The notes: generated from the sequence alone by a model not told the origin. Shown: positions 18,556-26,401, counted from the stretch's first letter. The stretch is DNA of 32,000 nt from Candidatus Saccharimonadota bacterium (GCA_020160975.1 JAIUPJ010000001.1:600001-632000), one strand, 5' to 3'. Numbers and translations: made by a program.

Positions 18556-20070
18556 TCATTTCTTTTTCTCCTTTTTGCTCTTCTTGTCAGCCTTGTTATT
18601 TTGCTCGGTCATCTGCTCTTCAGGGTTTGGGAGGGCTGGTTTTTCTTCGAGAACCTTCGCACCAAATTGGTCGAGCAGTTCCTTCTCGATCTGGTCGTAG
18701 TCTTCCTCGGTCTTAGCATCGGCGGCGCGAGTTTTGACGGCTTGCTTGAGGCCTGGCACATCAATGGCACGGTCGTCATCGGGTAACATAATTGTTTCAA
18801 GCATCAGCTGCTGTTCGACCAAGCTAAACAGCTGATCCGGTGGTTGTTGCAGGGCAGCGTAGAGGTGAGTACCAAGTGTAAGGTCTCGCTTGGTTTCTTT
18901 GCTGAGCTGACTACTAAAGTGCGAGAACTCCTCGGCCTGGTGATAATGGGCCAAAGACTTAAAAAGGGCTGTTGAGAGACGCTTTTGGCGCTTGGTCTGG
19001 GCCTGTCCGCCAACGCGCGAGACCGAGAGACCTGCGTTGACAGCCGGTCGTACGCCTTTGCGGAAATAACCTAGATCAAAAATTATCTGCCCGTCAGTGA
19101 TTGACATGATATTGGTAGACAGATAGGCCGTGATATCGTCATTTGGCGTCAATACGACCGGAAGACTAGTCATGGTCTTGCCCGTTGTCAACAGCTTGCC
19201 GGCGCGCTCGAGCAGACTAGAATGCGTGTAGAAAATATCGCCCGGATACGAGTCACGACCCGGGTCGACCTCTTGGAGGAGTGACAGCTGACGGTAGGCT
19301 TCAGCGTGACTACTAAGGTCGTCGTAAATGATGATAACGTCTTCGTTGTGGTTATACCAAAGCTCTTCGGCCATGCTGGCAGCGGCATACGGCGCGATGT
19401 AACTCTGCGTCAGTGAGTCGAAAATATTGGCCAGTACCACGATGGTATGTTCCATCGAGCCATTTCGCTCTAGCTCAGAGAGCAGCTTCTCGATGTCAAC
19501 TTTGCGCTTGCCAATGAGCACATAGACGACGATGCGCTGCGTTCCTTGCTGGTTGGCGCTAAGCTGAGCGAGAAAGGTTGATTTACCTGATTTGCTATCG
19601 CCGAGAATCGCGATACGTTGCCCGAGGACAATCGGAAAAAAGCTGTCCACGGCCGTGACACCGCTCGCTAGCTGTTCGTCGAGCATCTTGCGATCCATAA
19701 TTCCAGGCGCAGGCGTGAAGATGCCAGATAGTTTGGTGGCCGTGATGGGGCCTTTGCCGTCAAGCGGCAGTCCCATTGGCGTCACGACGCGGCCGACGAG
19801 TTCAGGGCCAACTGGAATAGCGAGCATGTCATACTCCACGACGGCAAGCGACCCTAGCAAAATATTTTCACTGTCGATATTGTAAAGAATCACCCGATCT
19901 CCGTAAGCTTCACGCACCATACCGCGCTGGCCGTCCTCAAATAGCACCTGTGATCCGAGACGCACCCCTTCGAGGCCTTTAACCTCAACGATGAAGCGGT
20001 TGATCGCTACTACTTCGCCGGTTAAATTGCCGGCTTCAACCAGTGTTTGGAATCGGCTATTGTCAAACAC
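18556..20070 (-). CDS. atpA: F1 ATP synthase alpha subunit.
   Basis: P-loop GDSKSGKST. Typical alpha motifs: DDLSSHAEAYRQLSLL, PGRDSYPGDIFYTHSSLLERA, ITDGQI, RPAVNAGLSVSRVG. GTG start overlaps the atpH stop by 8 nt. Lys-rich C-terminal tail, NNKADKKSKKEKKK. Confidence 0.95.
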   Translation of the reverse strand: MFDNSRFQTLVEAGNLTGEVVAINRFIVEVKGLEGVRLGSQVLFEDGQRGMVREAYGDRVILYNIDSENILLGSLAVVEYDMLAIPVGPELVGRVVTPMGLPLDGKGPITATKLSGIFTPAPGIMDRKMLDEQLASGVTAVDSFFPIVLGQRIAILGDSKSGKSTFLAQLSANQQGTQRIVVYVLIGKRKVDIEKLLSELERNGSMEHTIVVLANIFDSLTQSYIAPYAAASMAEELWYNHNEDVIIIYDDLSSHAEAYRQLSLLQEVDPGRDSYPGDIFYTHSSLLERAGKLLTTGKTMTSLPVVLTPNDDITAYLSTNIMSITDGQIIFDLGYFRKGVRPAVNAGLSVSRVGGQAQTKRQKRLSTALFKSLAHYHQAEEFSHFSSQLSKETKRDLTLGTHLYAALQQPPDQLFSLVEQQLMLETIMLPDDDRAIDVPGLKQAVKTRAADAKTEEDYDQIEKELLDQFGAKVLEEKPALPNPEEQMTEQNNKADKKSKKEKKK

Positions 20071-20548
20071 GATCCAAGACCTCGATGATGCCGTGACGGC
20101 GATTCATGAGCTGGGTGCGAAATGACCAGTCGTAAACGCGGCTTCCAGCTCGAACAATCATGCCGCCGAGAATATGTGCGTTGAAACGGAACGCCACCAG
20201 AACTGATGGAGATAACTCACGTCGGCACCAGTCCGTGAGTAGATGCTTGACTTCTGAAGGAGCCGGTGCCGCAAGCGTAATCGTGATAACGGGGGCGTGT
20301 TTGGCGGCATACTCTAACGAACCAAGCAGCTCGTCGAGCCGCGACGAAGTCATAGGCGATTGCTTGGCGTAGTTGCGGATCAAACCACTGGCGACCGGTG
20401 AAAGCTCGGGCTGTTCGGCAGTGAGACGGCTACCGACTCGTTGTGCGTTGACGTACTGGCCGAACCATTTGGCATAGGCCCGAACTTCCAGCGTCAGCGC
20501 AGCGAGGTCGCTGGGCGAGTAGATATCCGCAGGCAGTAAAGAGGTCAT
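20063..20548 (-). CDS. atpH: ATP synthase delta (OSCP) subunit.
   Basis: Sits between b and alpha, with ATGA coupling to atpF. 161 aa. The C-terminal ...ILGGMIVRAGSRVYDWSFRTQL... matches the delta GG-x-v-x-G-x-x-x-D-x-S pattern. Confidence 0.75.
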   Translation of the reverse strand: MTSLLPADIYSPSDLAALTLEVRAYAKWFGQYVNAQRVGSRLTAEQPELSPVASGLIRNYAKQSPMTSSRLDELLGSLEYAAKHAPVITITLAAPAPSEVKHLLTDWCRRELSPSVLVAFRFNAHILGGMIVRAGSRVYDWSFRTQLMNRRHGIIEVLDRV

Positions 20549-21438
20549 GGCGCTAACTCCTGTTTCAATTCTTCCTTGTGAGCCTCTAGCTGCTGCAAGA
20601 GGTAGGGGGTTTGTGCACCAAGATCAACTTGTTGGCCAAGGGTGTCACTCAGGAAACTAACGACGGCGTCGCTGAGCTTGGTGTCGATCGCTGCCTGGTA
20701 GCTTTCGCGTCGTTTTGCCATTTCTGCCTCAAGTTTTTGCTCCAACTCGGACTGTTTCGTCACGAAGAGTTGCTGACGACCTACCAGATCTTGCTCAAGT
20801 TCGGCCTGGTGGGAGGCGAGTGTCGTTTCCCGCTGCTTGAGTTCGCTCATCAGGACTGATTCTTTTTCTGCTAGATCGGCTTCTAGTGCAGCTTGCTTTT
20901 GTGCATATGATGCTCTGATTTGCTGAAACTCCTGGTCGAGTTCGTGAGTTCGCTCGGTTAGTTGGGATTCGAGCTGCTGCTGATGCTCTGTGAGAATTTC
21001 GTCCATTGCTTTGAGGCGTTCGGCAAGTTTTGTCTCAAGTTCGGCGGTATGTGCATCGATACCAGCGCCGGTTTCTCCAAATTTTTGAGTGGCAGAATCT
21101 TGCAGTTGAGACAGCGTTGCTTTGTAGCGCTCGACTTCTTTTCTGACCAGGTCACCCGTGAGCGCCTCAAGCTCTTGGTTGAGATGGGCGGTAGTTGTGT
21201 CGAGATCCTTGCTAAAGACAGCGGCGGATTGCTGGAGCACTTTTTCGTAGTTATCTTGAGCTTGTACCAGGATTTTCTCCTGAATTTTATCCGGCAGATT
21301 ACTAGTAGTTGATTGTGCGTCGCCAGACTTTAAGTGCCGACGCCAGTGCAGATAGGCAGCCGTCACCACGACGCCCAGCAGGAACATGTTGAAGAAAAGG
21401 ACGACCGTTAGCACTGTATTCCCACCAAGTATATCCAT
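20545..21438 (-). CDS. atpF: ATP synthase b-subunit-like peripheral-stalk protein, unusually long (297 aa).
   Basis: Single N-terminal TM, VLTVVLFFNMFLLGVVVTAAYL, then about 260 aa of Glu/Gln/Leu-rich predicted coiled coil. Sits immediately upstream of atpH with a 4-nt overlap. Identity rests mainly on position and architecture. Confidence 0.6.
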   Translation of the reverse strand: MDILGGNTVLTVVLFFNMFLLGVVVTAAYLHWRRHLKSGDAQSTTSNLPDKIQEKILVQAQDNYEKVLQQSAAVFSKDLDTTTAHLNQELEALTGDLVRKEVERYKATLSQLQDSATQKFGETGAGIDAHTAELETKLAERLKAMDEILTEHQQQLESQLTERTHELDQEFQQIRASYAQKQAALEADLAEKESVLMSELKQRETTLASHQAELEQDLVGRQQLFVTKQSELEQKLEAEMAKRRESYQAAIDTKLSDAVVSFLSDTLGQQVDLGAQTPYLLQQLEAHKEELKQELAP

Positions 21439-22277
21439 TACAGCCTCGTCAAAATTAGATAAATGGCAATCACGGACACACCCAGAATAGCGAGCACCAG
21501 TGAGGAGAGTTGGATGACATTTCGATAGACAGCTGATTGCGCCATCGGGTTACGGCCGACGCTAATAATGCTGCTGCGGATGATCGAATAGACGATGACA
21601 GACACGACCACGATTGTGATGATGAAGAGCGCCGAGCTCAAAACGATCGGCAAGGTGCTAACCTTTTTTCCCGCGACAGTGTTGGCGAGATTTTGCAGGC
21701 TGGCGGGAATAACTGTTTTTTCTGGCTGACGGTAATGATACGAGACACTGACGAGCACTGGCACTTGTCCTAGGGTTACTTCTTGATTTTCACAGAGCGC
21801 ACCTTCGATTGTTTGCTTTTGGGTGATTTCCATAGTGCCTTGGGCGGTACCGACGACTTTCGCATTTGCCGTTGCCTTCATGCCAACGCCTTTGAGCGGT
21901 GAGGCGGTAATCTGGTCACCTGGTTCAATCTTGCCATTACAATCACTTACTAGCGTAGGTGTTACGCCGTTGGTTGCTACCTGTACTCCCTTGGTGCCGT
22001 TATTGAGTGTCAGCAATGAACTGCCATCGTTGATGGCAACGCCGATGATGCTGTCGGTGGTTTCGGTTGATGCAGCAAGAACCGAGTCTGTCGAATTTTT
22101 TTCGAGTGCAACAACTGAGCCAATGGGAATGTCACTTGAGGTCGAGTAGCCCTGAGAGAGTGAGGTAACTGCACGGGTAGTCGAGGCGATCCCTGTTGCA
22201 GCCAACGACACCACAGCAAAAATGGCCACTGCCCACGCCAAGACGCGTCTACGAATTTCGTTTCCCCTGAGTCTCAT
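21438..22277 (-). CDS. Exported protein (279 aa) with a C-terminal two-helix membrane hairpin. First gene of the ATP synthase operon, in the slot where atpE usually lies.
   Basis: N-terminal signal/anchor VLAWAVAIFAVVSLAATGIAS, then an extracytoplasmic domain of about 170 aa. The C-terminal 74 aa are VSTLPIVLSSALFIITIVVVSVIVYSIIRSSIISVGRNPMAQSAVYRNVIQLSSLVLAILGVSVIAIYLILTRL. The stop overlaps the atpF ATG (TAATG). Confidence 0.7.
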   Translation of the reverse strand: MRLRGNEIRRRVLAWAVAIFAVVSLAATGIASTTRAVTSLSQGYSTSSDIPIGSVVALEKNSTDSVLAASTETTDSIIGVAINDGSSLLTLNNGTKGVQVATNGVTPTLVSDCNGKIEPGDQITASPLKGVGMKATANAKVVGTAQGTMEITQKQTIEGALCENQEVTLGQVPVLVSVSYHYRQPEKTVIPASLQNLANTVAGKKVSTLPIVLSSALFIITIVVVSVIVYSIIRSSIISVGRNPMAQSAVYRNVIQLSSLVLAILGVSVIAIYLILTRL

Positions 22278-22345
22278 CTGTTATTCTAGTATAACGAAAA
22301 AGCACGAGCTTTTCTACTGTTTTCGGGGAGTGTAAGAGGATCGAG

Positions 22346-22354
22346 TGGTACAAT
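22346..22354 (+). promoter_or_regulatory. Extended -10 element TGgTACAAT, 8 nt upstream of the mini-prepilin ATG.
   Basis: gagTGgTACAATatcatcagATG. No SD in between. Pattern only. Confidence 0.35.
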
Positions 22355-22362
22355 ATCATCAG

Positions 22363-22464
22363 ATGAAACAACATGGGTTTACACTCCTTGAACTCGTCGT
22401 GGTCGTGGTGGCAATCATCATTCTTCTCGCGATCGTGTTTTTGGTGCAGCTACAAGGTGTATGA
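22363..22464 (+). CDS. Mini-prepilin: a 33-aa ORF made up only of a type IV prepilin (class III) leader, cleavage/methylation motif and hydrophobic helix.
   Basis: Not in the track (under 60 aa). ATG at 22363 gives MKQHG|FTLLELVVVVVAIIILLAIVFLVQLQGV*. G-FTLLE is the canonical prepilin peptidase site with Glu at +5. The TGA stop (22462-22464) overlaps the ATG (22461-22463) of the next gene. Confidence 0.55.
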   Translation: MKQHGFTLLELVVVVVAIIILLAIVFLVQLQGV

Positions 22465-23078
22465 TTACAGAGAGTCTCCTCAAGAGGTTTCCCCTCATTA
22501 CCGACCAGGTAGATTCACGTGAGCTTGGCGTGGTATTGCGCGAATTGGAGCGGCTGCTCCTGCGCGGAGAGGAGGGCGCGGTGGTCGAATTTGGCTGCTA
22601 TGCTGGCACTACCTCGCTATTTATTCGTCGCCTGATTGATCGCTATCAGCTTGGTAATGACTTTCATGTCTATGATTCTTTTCAGGGATTGCCAGACAAA
22701 ACACCTGCTGATGAGAGCCCGGCGGGGGACCAGTTCCAAGTAGGCCAACTATCGGTCAGCAAAAAAGATTTTATACGGGAGTTCACGAGAGCTCATCTTG
22801 ACTTGCCATATATTCACAAAGCTTGGTTTAGTCAAATTGGATCTCATGATGTACCAAATTTGATCATATTTGCCTTCCTCGATGGAGATTATTTTGAGTC
22901 AATATTAGATTCATTACGATTGATTACGCCTAAGCTTGCATCACATGCGGTTATTGTGGTGGATGACTACGTAAATGAGGCGCTACCAGGAGCGGCAAAG
23001 GCAGTTGATGAGTGGCTGATGCATCATCCAGGCGCACGTTTGCGAGTAGAAGCGAGCCTTGCCATAATAACGCTATGA
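22461..23078 (+). CDS. TylF/MycF-family (macrocin-type) SAM-dependent O-methyltransferase.
   Basis: GAVVEFGCYAGTTSLF (SAM-binding G-x-G region), YDSFQGLP, FAFLDGDYFESILDSL, IVVDDY...GAAKAVDEW. This motif series is characteristic of the TylF family. Confidence 0.7.
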   Translation: MITESLLKRFPLITDQVDSRELGVVLRELERLLLRGEEGAVVEFGCYAGTTSLFIRRLIDRYQLGNDFHVYDSFQGLPDKTPADESPAGDQFQVGQLSVSKKDFIREFTRAHLDLPYIHKAWFSQIGSHDVPNLIIFAFLDGDYFESILDSLRLITPKLASHAVIVVDDYVNEALPGAAKAVDEWLMHHPGARLRVEASLAIITL

Positions 23079-23479
23079 CACGCGGTAATAAAAACACGAT
23101 GAGACTGCGCCATTTCTTGCGCAACAAAGAAATCATCATGAATAGTCTTGTGGTGGCAAATATCGCACTGCTTTCGTACGAACATTTCTACGAACCGCCT
23201 CTTGCACAGCTTCTGTTGATTGACATCTTTGATGTTATGACAGCAGTACTTTTCATCGCAGAGTTCGTATTTGAATGGTATTGGGCGCGTGATCGAGGGC
23301 AGTATGTGAAGCAGCATTGGTTCTATCTCTTGGCAGCGGTGCCCATTCCATCTGCTTCATTTGAGCTGCTGCGGGGTATTCGCGCACTCCGCTTGCTGAA
23401 GCTGCTGAAAGTGTTTGCGCATATGCGGTATGAGCGAAATACTCGGCTATTTGAGGAGTCGCGCCAGTCATGGGTATAG
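23075..23479 (+). CDS. Voltage-sensor-domain-only membrane protein (134 aa; S1-S4 of the ion-transport family, no pore domain).
   Basis: Track ORF 23012..23479. ATG at 23075 overlaps the upstream TGA (ATGA). S1 is IIMNSLVVANIALLSY. S2 is LLLIDIFDVMTAVLFIAEFVFEWYWA. S3 is WFYLLAAVPIP. S4 is LLRGIRALRLLKLLKVFAHMR, with a basic residue at every third position. The ORF ends about 20 aa after S4. Confidence 0.65.
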   Translation: MTRGNKNTMRLRHFLRNKEIIMNSLVVANIALLSYEHFYEPPLAQLLLIDIFDVMTAVLFIAEFVFEWYWARDRGQYVKQHWFYLLAAVPIPSASFELLRGIRALRLLKLLKVFAHMRYERNTRLFEESRQSWV

Positions 23480-24295
23480 CTAGCGGGGGAGCAGTCTACC
23501 TGCCAGTTGCTTGAGAGAAACTTCTGACAGCCCAATCATCACTAGCACAGCACACACGGTATCGATCAAGGCAAAGAGCGGATTGAGGTAGTAGAGAAGT
23601 GGCAGCACTGTAATAACGGCGATGAAAGTGGCGAGCCGCAAGGTTCTCGCGGCGGTCTCTGTCTTTTGTCGAGCGACCTGAATCAAGCCGTACATGAGTG
23701 CGAAATAGTAGACTGCAATACATCCTAATTGCAGAGCAACCCAGCCGTTGTGAGCATGCAGGTTATAGGCCAAGAAGGGAAGACCAACAAGCTGAAGTAT
23801 CACCCAGATCATAACAAGCCGCTGCTCGATACGTCGTGTTGGCCACACCGCAGGCAAGGCAAAGAGCTGGTGCTGGCTTCGTGCGACAAGCACCCGACTC
23901 ATCAGCCAGATACCCAGAAGGCTGAGGTACATGAGGAGGAAACTACCGGTATAGAAGTAGTTGTTGTCAGTTGTCACAAACTTCCCGATCTCATCAATAA
24001 AAAAGCCAAATCCTACGCCGCCGAGCAGTGCCAGCACTTCACGGTTCGCCTGTCGTTGCAGCAGGCTGACCAAGAGAGCGGCGGTTAATGCAAGCCCGCC
24101 CCACAGCATATGTGCAATGTGAAACGCATCACCACCCAGGCGTGGGTAGCCAGTGATGGCGAGCGTCGTGCGGATGACGACGATAGTCGCGACACTTGCA
24201 ATAACAAAGCCATCGACAATATCTAGTGGTGATGGCTGATTGTTTGAGGAATGTTTCACTGTTCGAATTATGATAATAAAATTCAGAAAAGGCAA
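23480..24295 (-). CDS. Polytopic integral membrane protein, family not recognised.
   Basis: At least 7 hydrophobic segments. Motifs HIAHMLWGG and GFGFFIDEIGKF. The track start at 24295 is TTG. GTG at 24259 (VKHSSNN...), preceded by CATAAT plus 7 nt, is an alternative start. Confidence 0.65.
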   Translation of the reverse strand: MPFLNFIIIIRTVKHSSNNQPSPLDIVDGFVIASVATIVVIRTTLAITGYPRLGGDAFHIAHMLWGGLALTAALLVSLLQRQANREVLALLGGVGFGFFIDEIGKFVTTDNNYFYTGSFLLMYLSLLGIWLMSRVLVARSQHQLFALPAVWPTRRIEQRLVMIWVILQLVGLPFLAYNLHAHNGWVALQLGCIAVYYFALMYGLIQVARQKTETAARTLRLATFIAVITVLPLLYYLNPLFALIDTVCAVLVMIGLSEVSLKQLAGRLLPR

Positions 24296-24344
24296 GGGCA
24301 GCGGTAGTGGGGAGGGAGACGGTATGCAAAAATAGATTATTGAT

Positions 24345-24429
24345 TCTAGATTCTAGAATAGAACACACTATTAGAACTTAAAACTTAGAACGCCCTTGAC
24401 ATCATGTGGTACCTTGTATAACATAGAAC
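24345..24429. promoter_or_regulatory. Repeat-rich control region upstream of padR-like gene: the palindrome ATTCTAGAAT, four TAGAAC copies, and a TTGACA -35 with a downstream -10-like TATAAC/TAACAT.
   Basis: tgATTCTAGATTCTAGAATAGAACacactatTAGAACttaaaactTAGAACgcccTTGACAtcatgtggtaccttgTATAACaTAGAACtatag. TAGAAC occurs at 24359, 24372, 24386 and 24424. TTGACA is at 24396-24401. Confidence 0.4.
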
Positions 24430-24467
24430 TATAGTAAACATAACATCGAAAGACTCATCAACTGCCT

Positions 24468-24800
24468 ATGAAGCCAGCCGATCACTACGCGGAAGCGCTC
24501 GCTACCCAACTTCGTAAAGGCTTTCTCGCCTACTGCGTACTTCGTGTGTGTTCGCATGCGCCAAAATACACTAGCGACATCATCAAACATTTGCAGGCGG
24601 CCGAACTGGTGGTCGTCGAAGGTACGATTTATCCGCTACTCAGTCGATTGCAAAAAGACGGGTTGCTGACGCACGAATGGCAGGAGAGCGAGCAGGGGCC
24701 GCCGCGTAAATACTATCGCATCACTGACTACGGACACGAGGTCATGGTTGCGATGGAATCAGATATCGATGCACTGAATACGACACTACGAAAGCTCTAA
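24468..24800 (+). CDS. PadR-family transcriptional regulator.
   Basis: 110 aa. ...YCVLRVC...YTSDIIKHL...VVEGTIYPLLSRLQKDGLLTHEWQESEQGPPRKYYRITDYG is the canonical PadR wHTH signature. Confidence 0.9.
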   Translation: MKPADHYAEALATQLRKGFLAYCVLRVCSHAPKYTSDIIKHLQAAELVVVEGTIYPLLSRLQKDGLLTHEWQESEQGPPRKYYRITDYGHEVMVAMESDIDALNTTLRKL

Positions 24801-24811
24801 AAGGAGAGAAC

Positions 24812-26401
24812 ATGAAAGAGATTACAAGAATTTCCCTGGCAGCACTTCCCTACAATATCGAAGTTGACGCCAAGAAGCAGTTAGAAAAATATTTGTCGGC
24901 AATCAACCATTCGCTCGATGCTGATGTCGATACAATGAAAGAAATTGAATCGCGCGTAGCTGAGCTATTGGCCGATCGTGGTGTGTCGGGCGAAAAAGTC
25001 ATTAGCACTGATGACGTGGCGGCGATCACGACAATACTCGGTGAGCCAAAAGATTTTGTCGACGATGCTAGCCCTAATCTAGCTATATCGAACAAGAAGC
25101 GAATGATGCGCGACCCGGCAACTGAAATGATTGGTGGTGTCGCTTCAGGCATGGCGGCATATTTCGGTGTGGATAGTGTATGGGTGAGGTTGGCGTGGAT
25201 CCTATTAACGATTGTCACCAGCGGATTTATGATCCTTGTATACCTAGTGCTATGGGCGGTGATGCCTGCGGCCCGTAGCGCTGCGGATCGTTTGCGAATG
25301 AAAGGCGAAGAGGTGACGCCGAGCGCTCTCAAGGCAGAAAGTGAAGTCATGTCTAAGAAAGAGATATCAGGAACATCCACTCGACTAGTTGCTCGCATCA
25401 TCGCGGGAATACTTGCGGCTGGTATTGGCATCGCGGCGGCAGTTGCGATTGTGCTTGTGGGGTGGCATGCGTGGGTGGAGCGAGCAAGGGAAATGACTGA
25501 GTGGCTTTGGCTCTATGGTGGGCTCATTGTGTTTGCGGGCGTGCTATTTGTGCTATTTTGTTGGTTGAGTTCCTATATGCTGATTGCGGGAAAAGCGACC
25601 AAACGCTTATTCATTGGTCTTGGCGCTATTGCAGTGTTCGGGCTCACCACTTTTATTATCGGCACAGTACTCTTGGGGCTAGGGCTGGATGCTGAGAATA
25701 CTCGCATACAGGAAAAATATAGCAAGAATCTTGTGCACCGGTCGCTCGACGCTTCTCCCGTTAAGCGCGCCAAGCGCCTGGAGTTGAGATCGGAACTGCC
25801 GATCACCATCAACTACAACGTCGATCCAACCCAAACTGAAGTAACAGTCTGGTACAACAAAGCGATTACCAAGAATGATCCGCAGGTGACAGTACAGACA
25901 AGTGTAGACGGGGTGCTTACGGTCAATGTGGCGATGGCAAACAATCACTGCCTGCCCGATGTTTCATCATGTCGTGTGCAAACGACGGTGACGATTGTTG
26001 GCCCTGAACTTGAATCAGTGTCCGCCCAAGGAAGCAATCTTGTTCGCTACATCGTTGACACGCAAGACAAGCTGACGGTGCTCACCAGAGCAGATGGGCG
26101 AGTAGAACTGCAGGCAATTGGAGTAATCAACCAACTCACAGCAACACTCCAGAACGAAAGCCGTCTCGATACCACCCAAGCTGGTGTCAAGAATATCAAT
26201 CTAACGATCGAAGACGCGCTCAGCAATGTCGACATCGCGACAGTCGACACACTCTCTGTCACAGTACCGACAGCGTGTGCGGCAAATCACGGGGGTGGTA
26301 CGATTGCGGTTAAGCGGGCAGGCACTATTATTATCAACGGCAAAGCTTATGACGCTGCCGTTGATTACCCCTGCACCACTATCCAGGCCGATAATTTTTA
26401 A
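24812..26401 (+). CDS. PspC-domain membrane protein with a large C-terminal extracytoplasmic beta-rich domain.
   Basis: SD AAGGAGAG lies 5 nt upstream. The PspC domain is GGVASGMAAYFGVDSVWVRLAWILLTIVTSGFMILVYLVLWAVMP. Further TMs follow, then about 230 aa of repetitive beta-type sequence resembling DUF4097/DUF2807-like putative adhesin domains (weak). Confidence 0.8.
   Translation: MKEITRISLAALPYNIEVDAKKQLEKYLSAINHSLDADVDTMKEIESRVAELLADRGVSGEKVISTDDVAAITTILGEPKDFVDDASPNLAISNKKRMMRDPATEMIGGVASGMAAYFGVDSVWVRLAWILLTIVTSGFMILVYLVLWAVMPAARSAADRLRMKGEEVTPSALKAESEVMSKKEISGTSTRLVARIIAGILAAGIGIAAAVAIVLVGWHAWVERAREMTEWLWLYGGLIVFAGVLFVLFCWLSSYMLIAGKATKRLFIGLGAIAVFGLTTFIIGTVLLGLGLDAENTRIQEKYSKNLVHRSLDASPVKRAKRLELRSELPITINYNVDPTQTEVTVWYNKAITKNDPQVTVQTSVDGVLTVNVAMANNHCLPDVSSCRVQTTVTIVGPELESVSAQGSNLVRYIVDTQDKLTVLTRADGRVELQAIGVINQLTATLQNESRLDTTQAGVKNINLTIEDALSNVDIATVDTLSVTVPTACAANHGGGTIAVKRAGTIIINGKAYDAAVDYPCTTIQADNF

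Noticed and set aside
23480-24295. Considered whether the 271-aa polytopic membrane protein near the ATP synthase operon is the missing a-subunit (atpB).
   Set aside because: It has no conserved Arg-containing R-L-F-G-N-type helix or other a-subunit pattern. It is separated from the operon by a three-gene plus-strand unit, and although it is on the same (minus) strand as the operon, it is not contiguous with it.
24345-24429. Considered whether the TAGAAC/TCTAGA repeats are a tiny CRISPR array or a transposon terminal inverted repeat.
   Set aside because: The repeat units are only 6-10 bp with irregular 7-30-bp spacing. There are no cas or transposase genes nearby. The location in a divergent promoter favours operator sites.
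24850-25431. 193-aa antisense ORF opposite the PspC-domain gene.
   Set aside because: The sense strand carries an unmistakable PspC domain and an SD. The antisense product has no recognisable features.
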